Assembly: GCA_903823865.1 (NCBI GenBank)
Contig: CAIJUJ010000021.1
Span: 6,732-70,731, forward strand
DNA length: 64,000 bases
Source: an uncultured bacterium
GTDB taxonomy: Bacteria; Patescibacteriota; Minisyncoccia; Phycocordibacterales; GWA1-40-21
Reading direction: 5' to 3'
Position numbers and translations under genes: made by a program. Below, piece by piece: positions 1-7,126 of this stretch. Within the stretch, counting starts at the first letter, position 1; every line of letters starts with the position of its first letter. A model generated the notes under the pieces. That model ran no database searches and had not been told where the DNA came from. It saw only the letters and a program-made list of their open reading frames with translations.

Positions 1-252
1 CTGTTACATACAATTTCTTCCGCTACAATTGCATTGTTTATTAGTTATAATTTTTTTGACAAAAAAGTTGAAAAAACGGTTTATACAGTTTTAGGTATTA
101 TTGTAGCCGTTTTTGTACACGGGGCATTCAATTATTTTATGCTGGGGAACCAAGGTGCATCTGTTACTGCATTGGAACTTATTTGGATTGCTGTTATAAT
201 AGTTCTTATAGCCTTTGAAAAAATTAAGAAAATTAAACTCGAAAAAATTTAA
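1..252 (+). CDS. C-terminal part of a PrsW-like intramembrane metalloprotease (5'-truncated)
   Basis: Frame open from the window edge; hydrophobic helices; AVFVHGAFNY resembles the PrsW HxxxN motif. Confidence 0.55.
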   Translation: MLHTISSATIALFISYNFFDKKVEKTVYTVLGIIVAVFVHGAFNYFMLGNQGASVTALELIWIAVIIVLIAFEKIKKIKLEKI

Positions 253-285
253 TTTTATATTTATTAGATTAATTATTTTAAATAA

Positions 286-735
286 ATGAAGAAAAAATCT
301 TTTTTTGAAAAACTGACTGGGATAATTAGAGTTGATGATGATAAACAAGAACTTGAAGCCGAAAGTGATATCGAAAATGAACTTCTAGATGCTGAATCAG
401 AAGAAGAAGGTCAACTCGCTGTTGATATGTATCAAACTCCATCAGAAATAATCATAAAAACGATGATTGCAGGTGTTAAACAGGAAGATTTAGACATTTC
501 TATTACAAGAGATATGGTTGTGATAAAAGGACATAGAGAAGAGTCAAACGACACACTCGGGAATGATTATTTTCACAAAGAATTATATTGGGGTTCATTT
601 TCAAGAACAATAATTCTTCCACAGGAAATTAATGTTGATGAATCTGAAGCGATAAATAAAAATGGTTTACTTGTAATAAGGATGCCAAAGATAGACAAAC
701 ACCGACAAGCGAAATTAAAGATAAAAAGTGCGTAA
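286..735 (+). CDS. Hsp20/alpha-crystallin small heat-shock protein
   Basis: VDMYQT...AGV...ELYWGSFSRTIILP...NGLLVIRMPK signature. Confidence 0.9.
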   Translation: MKKKSFFEKLTGIIRVDDDKQELEAESDIENELLDAESEEEGQLAVDMYQTPSEIIIKTMIAGVKQEDLDISITRDMVVIKGHREESNDTLGNDYFHKELYWGSFSRTIILPQEINVDESEAINKNGLLVIRMPKIDKHRQAKLKIKSA

Positions 736-739
736 AATA

Positions 740-769
740 AAAACTCCCCGTAACTTACTGGGGAGTTTT
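740..769. terminator. Bidirectional intrinsic terminator
   Basis: aaaactcccc-gtaacttact-ggggagtttt between convergent genes. Confidence 0.7.
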
Positions 770-773
770 ATAT

Positions 774-1220
774 TCACCATCCAAAACGTTTTTTATGATT
801 TTTTCTACGAGCATTTTCATGCTTTTTACAAAGTGTGGAAAACCAGGAATAAATTTCCACTGTTTTACCCGGCTTACCGCATTTTTCGCATGTTTTATAA
901 GAAAGACCCTCTGCCTCACGGACGTATTCTTCGAATTCTTCTGGGGAGCATGTCGTATAATATCTTAGCCCGCCATATTTTTCCTTTATATCTGTAACGT
1001 TGTACATTTCGTACCGCTCAGGATTTTTGTCGTACACGGCTTTAATTTTTGTACACATATCCCATATTAACTTATACCAGCCCATTCCAACCAAAGGATA
1101 GTAAAATTCGCGAGATTTCCATATTTTTTTACCACCTTCCAACACAACATATTCCCTGAACCATGGAAATGTATTAACGAGCTTTGTCCACTTCTTTGTT
1201 GCGACATCAATTCTTTTCAT
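774..1220 (-). CDS. Hypothetical protein, phage-like, with C-terminal CxxC zinc ribbon
   Basis: 148-aa ORF; DIKEKYGGLRYY and CEKCGKPG motifs; G-rich SD upstream. Confidence 0.65.
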   Translation of the reverse strand: MKRIDVATKKWTKLVNTFPWFREYVVLEGGKKIWKSREFYYPLVGMGWYKLIWDMCTKIKAVYDKNPERYEMYNVTDIKEKYGGLRYYTTCSPEEFEEYVREAEGLSYKTCEKCGKPGKTVEIYSWFSTLCKKHENARRKNHKKRFGW

Positions 1221-1371
1221 TTTTCACCCCCCTATTTTTTAATTACTCATGACAATGCGTAGCATTACGTCTGATTTAAGATTACAATAAATTTAAAATA
1301 GTGCAATATAGAATCAAAGCAGTTTGTTTGACTTTCTTATCACAAAAAATAATGCGAAAGCGTTATTTTTG

Positions 1372-1563
1372 TTGTGCCAAGGGCCGGAATCTCTCCTTCA
1401 CCTTTCATTTCATCGCCACTCAATTCGGGCTAGGCACCAGTTCATTCACCCCGCAAGCTTGCGGGGTATCATTCCGCTGTTCTCGTCCGGACAGAAGCAA
1501 AGCAGTTTGCTTCCTCCCTCAAGCCAATTTTAAAAACACCAAATGTTGGTGTTTTTAAAATTG
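1372..1563 (-). repeat. tRNA-3'-matched structured element, core type D, after tRNA-Phe
   Basis: 17-nt direct repeat of tRNA 3' end (1372-1388 = 1561-1577); core nearly identical to 56989-57073. Confidence 0.85.
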
Positions 1564-1636
1564 TGCCAAGGGCCGGACTCGAACCGGCGACCACATCCTC
1601 TTCAGGGACATGCTCTACCAACTGAGCTACCTTGGC
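1564..1636 (-). tRNA. tRNA-Phe(GAA)
   Basis: Cloverleaf; anticodon loop CTGAAGA; T-loop TTCGAGT; no encoded CCA. Confidence 0.95.
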
Positions 1637-1707
1637 AATGACAATTTGTTTAATTGTTATTTTAGATATTACACTATTTAGTAGAAAAATTCTAGGGTTA
1701 AATCAAT

Positions 1708-1974
1708 TTATTTTATTATATTCGTTATAGAAGTAGGAATTTTACTTGTTACCGATTTAACACTATTTATATTACCTTGTAAGTTCTGGTATGCTTTAAG
1801 CGCAGCATCTAAATACGGTTGAATGAAATTATATGCGATGACTGCTACGACAATAATTATTATCCAATAAATAATCCTGAGGATTGAAGACCAGCGATTT
1901 GCTCGTCTCATCCCCTTGAGCATATGGTTGTTTTCTTTTACTAAATCGTAAATTTCTTTTTCGTTTGGGTTCAT
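1708..1974 (-). CDS. Small single-TM hypothetical protein
   Basis: 88 aa, one hydrophobic helix; TGaTATAAT 6 nt before ATG. Confidence 0.75.
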   Translation of the reverse strand: MNPNEKEIYDLVKENNHMLKGMRRANRWSSILRIIYWIIIIVVAVIAYNFIQPYLDAALKAYQNLQGNINSVKSVTSKIPTSITNIIK

Positions 1975-1997
1975 AGAAAGATTATATCATAAAGTTG

Positions 1998-2069
1998 TGC
2001 CGCCAGTAAGAATCGAACTTACATCTATCCCTTAGGACGGGACTGTTCTATCCATTGAACTATGGCGAC
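1998..2069 (-). tRNA. tRNA-Arg(CCT)
   Basis: Cloverleaf; anticodon loop GTCCTAA. Confidence 0.9.
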
Positions 2070-2150
2070 AGGCTATGAGAAATATAGCACAAAATAACTA
2101 ATCAAAAAAACCGCCTGCCTGCGCAGGCAGGTTTTTAGGCGGTTTTTTAT

Positions 2151-2390
2151 TTATTTAATTTCTAGCAATTCCCTCAATCTGTCTTCATCAAAACCCTTGA
2201 CCATTTCATCATCAACAAATATTACTGGAACGCCCATCTGTCCACTCCTTTCTACCATTTCTTTTCTTTTAACTAAATCTGTTTGCACGTTAAATACTTC
2301 ATAAGAAATATTGTAATCATGAAAAAAATCCTTTGCTAAATTACAATAATGACAAGTTGGTGTTGAATACATTACTACTTTTTTTTGCAT
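2151..2390 (-). CDS. Glutaredoxin / NrdH-like redoxin
   Basis: YSTPTCHYC active site; GQMGVPVI motif. Confidence 0.9.
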   Translation of the reverse strand: MQKKVVMYSTPTCHYCNLAKDFFHDYNISYEVFNVQTDLVKRKEMVERSGQMGVPVIFVDDEMVKGFDEDRLRELLEIK

Positions 2391-2460
2391 ATTTTTATTT
2401 ATTAACTTATAACTTTTTTATTATATCATAAGTTTTAAAAAGCAATACTTAATTTTATTA

Positions 2461-2605
2461 TGTGCGAGTGGCGAGAATTGGCTATTACTTAGCCAGGTGC
2501 TTTTCCGCCTCACTTCGCTCGTATATAAAAGCCTTTCGATTCTCGCCCACAAGCAAAGCAGTTTGCTTGTTCACTCGAATTTAAAAACTAATCGTTTTTA
2601 AATTG
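2461..2605 (-). repeat. tRNA-3'-matched structured element, core type C, after tRNA-Gly
   Basis: 18-nt direct repeat 2461-2478 = 2604-2621; antisense arms 2535-2547 and 2572-2577 split by an ACTGCT-loop hairpin; core similar to 57266-57325. Confidence 0.85.
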
Positions 2606-2676
2606 TGCGAGTGGCGAGAATCGAACTCGCGCCCGATGCTTGGGAAGCACCAGTTCTACCACTAAACTACACTCGC
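2606..2676 (-). tRNA. tRNA-Gly(CCC)
   Basis: 71-nt cloverleaf; anticodon loop TTCCCAA; A at the discriminator. Confidence 0.92.
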
Positions 2677-2814
2677 CCGGTAGTAGAATTTGGCATCAAA
2701 AAGTTTTTCAACCAAATTTTTCTACAATTATCTATTCAACTATCAAACTACCTTATAACAACATAAACATCAATATATAACTTTTTAAAAACAATGCCAA
2801 ATTTCACTACGGGG
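2676..2814. mobile_element. MITE-like element with ~22-nt terminal inverted repeats
   Basis: cccggtagtagaatttggcat ... atgccaaatttcactacgggg; homologous to 6934-7071. Confidence 0.7.
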
Positions 2815-2823
2815 CTCACATGA

Positions 2824-3201
2824 TTATTTAAAAATACTCCAAAAACTTGCCCAAAATCCTTTGTTCCCACTACTATTCTGGCTGGAAGTACTACTGCTGC
2901 CATTTATAACAACAACGACAGTTTCCCCCGGTTTTGCCACATTGAACTTACTTCGTATTTCTTCCTCCACTCCGTTGTCAGTTTTTAATCTGCCTATTTC
3001 TGAATTTAGCATATCCTTTCGTGCATTCAAACTGTCATACTGCTTTTTTATGGTTGCATAATTTTCTGCATTTAACTTGTATTTTTGATAAATATTGTAA
3101 GTTGCTTTTGCTAAAAAAATAATGATAATAAACAAAATTACCAATGTAAATTTTGAATACAGAAACTTATTTAGTTTTTTCTTTTGTTGAAAATCTATCA
3201 T
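2824..3201 (-). CDS. Septum formation initiator (FtsB/DivIC family)
   Basis: N-terminal TM, coiled coil, EEEIRSKFNVAKPGE motif. Confidence 0.85.
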   Translation of the reverse strand: MIDFQQKKKLNKFLYSKFTLVILFIIIIFLAKATYNIYQKYKLNAENYATIKKQYDSLNARKDMLNSEIGRLKTDNGVEEEIRSKFNVAKPGETVVVVINGSSSTSSQNSSGNKGFWASFWSIFK

Positions 3202-3390
3202 TTTGGTGTATAGTTAGTATATAACATTTTAAAAGAATAATTAACCAATAAAACTTGTCCAGTTAAAAATTCAATGGATGTGAATAAAAAGAGAAATATT
3301 ACTAAATAGTAAAATGTAAATGAGTCGAAATAGTTTAATAATTTAAAATTTTGTACTGGGATGCTTTTCCACAAAAAAACTAGAAAATTT

Positions 3391-3468
3391 ATGAAATATG
3401 CTTGGATTGTAATTGGAGCTTTACTAATTCTAAGTATGATTGTGCTTTATTCTCCTTTCTTGAGGTAG
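3391..3468 (+). CDS. Putative 25-aa membrane peptide MKYAWIVIGALLILSMIVLYSPFLR
   Basis: Hand-translated small ORF, hydrophobic, ending just before a terminator. Confidence 0.35.
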   Translation: MKYAWIVIGALLILSMIVLYSPFLR

Positions 3469-3472
3469 TTTA

Positions 3473-3512
3473 AATTCAAAAGGCGGGCCGTAAACGGCCC
3501 GCCTTTTGAATT
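3473..3512. terminator. Bidirectional terminator at lepA 3' end
   Basis: aattcaaaaggcgggccg-taaa-cggcccgccttttgaatt. Confidence 0.8.
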
Positions 3513-5323
3513 TATTCACTCTTCATCATCTTCAAAAATACATCCTGTGTTATATTTACTTTTCCTCTTTCTTTCATTCTCTTTTTTCCTTTCTTTTGCT
3601 TTTCTCTCAATTTCATTTTTCTCGTAATATCACCTCCGTACAAATAGTCCGTAACATCTTTTTTCATTCCAGAAACAGATCTTGATGCAAGAATTCTTCC
3701 CGTGGCTTTTGCCTGGATTTTAAAATTAAACATTGTTCTTTCAATTGCTCCATGAAGTTTTTCAACTGTTTGGTCAGCTTCCTCTTGCATTCTTCTTCTG
3801 GCAACTATTTTACAAAATGCTGGAACTGGTTCATCCGCAACTAAAACCTCCATTTTTACTACATCGGCTTCCTTCATAGGCATTGCTTCATAAGAAATTG
3901 ATGCGTAACCAGAAGTCATACTTTTTAATTCGTTGAAAAAATTTCTCATAAGTTCTCGAAGTGGCATTTCAAGCGTAAGTGATGTTCTATTATCTCCAAA
4001 ACTTTCAGAATCTCCTATTACAGCCTCGTGCTCATAAAGTTGCTGCATTATCGCACCTATATACTGTCCTGGAGTTATAATTCTTACCCTTACCCATGGC
4101 TCCATAACTTTGGCTATCATATGGTCCTCGGGAAATAATGATGGCGAAAAAATCATTTCTTTCTTTCCATTATTAAAAGTTACTTCATAATTTACGCTCG
4201 GTGTTGTGACAATGAGTTGTAAAGTAAATTCTCTTTTTAATCTCTCAACAATAATTTCCAAATGAAGCATTCCTAAAAATCCACATCGGAATCCTCTTCC
4301 TAATGTTCCGGAAGTTTCTTCGTCAAAAGTAAAAGACGAATCTGAAAGTCTAAGCTTTCCTAGTGCAAGTTTTAACATTGCAAAGTCATCAGCACCTTCT
4401 GGATAAATAGAAGCCCAAACAACTGGTGATGGTCTGAAATATCCATGTAGTGGTGGTTGATTATCATTCACATGAGAAATAGTATCTCCAACAGAAGCAA
4501 TGTCTGATTCTTTAATTCCGGTAGTAATATATCCTATCTCACCTGCAGATAAAGTTTCTGTTGCTAGCTCAGATGGGGAAAAAATACCGACTTCTGTTGC
4601 AGTAAATGATTTTCCAGAAACCTTAAACGTAAGTGGAGTATTTCTTTTTGCTTGTCCATTAAAAACGCGCACAAAAACTGTGACACCACTATGATTTGAA
4701 TATTTAAAATCAAAAACTAAAGCTCTAAAAGATTTTTCATTTATTTCTAATTTATAATTTTCTTCACCAAATTCCCCACGTGGTCCAGGAATTTTTTTTA
4801 TAACTTCATTCAAAAGTTCGGAAACCCCTTCACCTGTTTTTCCGGAAACTTCTAAAATCGTGCTTACATCAATATTTAAAAGTTTTGCAATTTCTTCTTT
4901 GACTTCAGCTGTTCGTGCAAGTGGTGAATCAGTTTTGCTAACAACAGGAATTATCACGAGATTTGATTCTCGTGCCATGTTTAAAGTGGTTAAAGTTTGC
5001 GCTTGAACTCCCTGAGTTGCATCCACTAAAAGTATAGATCCCTCAACGGCTTTTAGTGCCCTAGAAACCTCGTAGGAGAAATCAATATGCCCAGGCGTAT
5101 CAATGAGGTTCATCACATATTCCTCGTTATTTAGGTGCCATTTCATGCGAACTGGCTGCATTTTAATGGTTATTCCACGCTCTCTTTCAAGCTCCATACT
5201 ATCAAGAACCTGGTCCATCATTTTGCGTTTTTCTATGGTGTTTGTAATCTCAAGCATACGATCTGCTAGGGTCGATTTTCCGTGGTCTATATGCGCTATA
5301 ATACTAAAATTGCGTATATTCAT
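3512..5323 (-). CDS. lepA: Elongation factor 4 (LepA)
   Basis: IRNFSIIAHIDHGKSTLADR, DTPGH, GFRCGFLGMLH, YGGDITRK. Confidence 0.97.
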   Translation of the reverse strand: MNIRNFSIIAHIDHGKSTLADRMLEITNTIEKRKMMDQVLDSMELERERGITIKMQPVRMKWHLNNEEYVMNLIDTPGHIDFSYEVSRALKAVEGSILLVDATQGVQAQTLTTLNMARESNLVIIPVVSKTDSPLARTAEVKEEIAKLLNIDVSTILEVSGKTGEGVSELLNEVIKKIPGPRGEFGEENYKLEINEKSFRALVFDFKYSNHSGVTVFVRVFNGQAKRNTPLTFKVSGKSFTATEVGIFSPSELATETLSAGEIGYITTGIKESDIASVGDTISHVNDNQPPLHGYFRPSPVVWASIYPEGADDFAMLKLALGKLRLSDSSFTFDEETSGTLGRGFRCGFLGMLHLEIIVERLKREFTLQLIVTTPSVNYEVTFNNGKKEMIFSPSLFPEDHMIAKVMEPWVRVRIITPGQYIGAIMQQLYEHEAVIGDSESFGDNRTSLTLEMPLRELMRNFFNELKSMTSGYASISYEAMPMKEADVVKMEVLVADEPVPAFCKIVARRRMQEEADQTVEKLHGAIERTMFNFKIQAKATGRILASRSVSGMKKDVTDYLYGGDITRKMKLREKQKKGKKRMKERGKVNITQDVFLKMMKSE

Positions 5324-5325
5324 AA

Positions 5326-5445
5326 CTATGGTTTAATTTGAAAAACAGACTCAAAAATTGAGATGCTTGTCCCGTAGCTAACTTTTTCCTTCAAAAAAGT
5401 TATGGTACTGGGATGGGCAATAATACTGAAGTTTCGAATATTCAT
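5326..5445 (-). pseudogene. Displaced lepA 5' end (11 codons) fused to a palindrome; 39-aa mini-ORF
   Basis: Encodes MNIRNFSIIAH like lepA with 6 synonymous differences; palindrome at 5370-5413; stops 2 nt before the lepA ATG. Confidence 0.8.
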
Positions 5446-5529
5446 GTTTGTCCATATTAGCAGAAAAATAGTGAAAAATGAAATGAAAAAAGCCCCAGCG
5501 CGTGGACGCTGGGGCTCGAGTTTGAATCT

Positions 5530-6042
5530 TCACTGTTGGAATATTGATACTGTGATATCATACAGAGCTTCAACAACTTGTTTATTGTATTTTAAGTTCG
5601 GATATTTTCCGAACTTATATTCCTTGAGTTTGGTGTCAAGGATACTATAATACTTCTTGGATATTCCATCTCTATTAAAATGGAATTCTCCTGTTCTTAA
5701 ACAATAAAGCAGGGAGTTGATAAAATATCTTCCCTGTTCTATGCTTCTTGTTACATAATCGAGTTTGTCTTTATGGTTGTGAACTTTAACAATTACTAAA
5801 TCTGAATCGTAATTTTTTGTTAAATCTGTCCCATCTCTTGAACCGATTGAGACAGCCCACTCTACGTCATTTACTTTAAAAAAAGCTACTTTGCTATATA
5901 TCATGAAACCTATACTTCCATGATATACCGTGACGACTTCTTGAACCGCCGTCACATTTACTTCTTGGAAATTATATCTCTTTTTTAATGATTGATACAG
6001 TTTTTCCAGTACCTCTCTTGCTGTAATTCCTGACTGCTCCAT
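5530..6042 (-). CDS. Hypothetical protein
   Basis: 170-aa ORF with AGGGGG SD and a downstream terminator. Confidence 0.7.
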   Translation of the reverse strand: MEQSGITAREVLEKLYQSLKKRYNFQEVNVTAVQEVVTVYHGSIGFMIYSKVAFFKVNDVEWAVSIGSRDGTDLTKNYDSDLVIVKVHNHKDKLDYVTRSIEQGRYFINSLLYCLRTGEFHFNRDGISKKYYSILDTKLKEYKFGKYPNLKYNKQVVEALYDITVSIFQQ

Positions 6043-6222
6043 TTAATCCCCCTATTTTTATGCCTTGGATTTGATTTGTCCTTTTGGGACTTCCAAAGCG
6101 AGAACACCTAATCATTTTATAGCATGAAATAAGTTTATTGCAAAGTCTTAATTTTTTTCAAAAGGTTAAGACTTTGCAACAAAAAACCAGCCGTTGAAAT
6201 TATCTCAGGCTGGCTTAATACT

Positions 6223-6636
6223 TTAAACCTTTTTTATATTGGAAAGAGCACTCTTGCTTTTGGAAATGTCTTCAGATATTTCATTTGTTCTTTTTGCGGC
6301 CGCTTCTAGAGTCTTAGACAACATGTCTAAGAAAAAGAAAAAACGAGGGTCGGCTGGATTCTCAGCGAATTCTTTAATATAAGCTTTCGTGAATTCTTCG
6401 CCGAGCTCACGGTACAAAATGTCTATAGCTTTTCCACAGCATTCTTCAATTACTTGCAGGCCTAGAACTCTGTTCACTATGTATGATTGGTCTCTTCTTT
6501 CAGGGTGATTTGTTCCACAAAACTCACATGTGACAGGACCGTATGTTCCATGAGCATCGTTATTCCACCCAAATCCGCCTTCAGGTATTTCACTTTCCCC
6601 AAAAGGTTTAGAAACGATCGGTGCTTTTATATGCAT
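6223..6636 (-). CDS. Hypothetical protein with Cys motifs (CEFCG, ECC)
   Basis: Start reassigned to MHIKAP behind a GGAGGT SD. Confidence 0.65.
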   Translation of the reverse strand: MHIKAPIVSKPFGESEIPEGGFGWNNDAHGTYGPVTCEFCGTNHPERRDQSYIVNRVLGLQVIEECCGKAIDILYRELGEEFTKAYIKEFAENPADPRFFFFLDMLSKTLEAAAKRTNEISEDISKSKSALSNIKKV

Positions 6637-6719
6637 ATTGGACCTCCGTCCATCAGAATTTTGAGCTTTAACTTCTAATGAAAGTAAAGCATAGTTAATT
6701 TGGTAAATCAAGAAATTGA

Positions 6720-6812
6720 CGGACATAAAATTCGGGTCCATCACATAAGTGCATCCTAGCACTTACTCTGGACGCACAAAAATAAAAACGCCATAGAAGC
6801 GTTTTATTTTTG
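6720..6812 (-). repeat. Truncated tRNA-3'-matched element after tRNA-Tyr
   Basis: Hairpin, then degenerate antisense tgtgcgtcca...gatggacccgaa split by hairpin taagtgc/gcactta; no direct repeat. Confidence 0.55.
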
Positions 6813-6894
6813 TGCGCCGGGAGGGACTCGAACCCCCGAAGGCCGAAGCCGCAAGATTTACAGTCTCGTGTAATTGCCACTATACGACCGGCGC
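6813..6894 (-). tRNA. tRNA-Tyr(GTA)
   Basis: Cloverleaf with long variable arm; anticodon loop CTGTAAA. Confidence 0.93.
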
Positions 6895-6933
6895 AGTAAA
6901 AACATAGTATCATTTATTTTTCAGAATTTCAAA

Positions 6934-7071
6934 CCCAGTAGTGAATTTTGGCATTATTTTTTAAAAAATATTTTGTATTCTATTTCTACAATAAAACGTT
7001 TGCAAATATATTAAAAAACAGATTATTTTTGTGAATAAAAAATATTTTTGATGCCAAAATCTACTACAGGG
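6934..7071. mobile_element. MITE-like element (second copy) flanked by CAAA direct repeat
   Basis: cccagtagtgaattttggcat ... atgccaaaatctactacaggg; CAAA at 6930-6933 and 7072-7075. Confidence 0.7.
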
Positions 7072-7072
7072 C

Positions 7073-7113
7073 AAACAAAGAGGGGTTTCGCTTCGCGAAA
7101 CCCCTCTTTGTTT
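7073..7113. terminator. Long perfect hairpin / clpB terminator
   Basis: aaacaaagaggggtttcgc-ttc-gcgaaacccctctttgttt. Confidence 0.75.
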
Positions 7114-7126
7114 TTTGAATTGTATC

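Noticed and set aside
1301-1558. ORFs 1301-1558 and 1324-1533, similar to ORFs at 56933-57200
   Set aside because: They lie antisense over the type-D elements; the peptide similarity just reflects the DNA repeat.
1372-1577. Prophage or island attL/attR at tRNA direct repeats
   Set aside because: Only 136-245 nt lie between copies, no integrase is present, and att sites do not explain the inverted arm.
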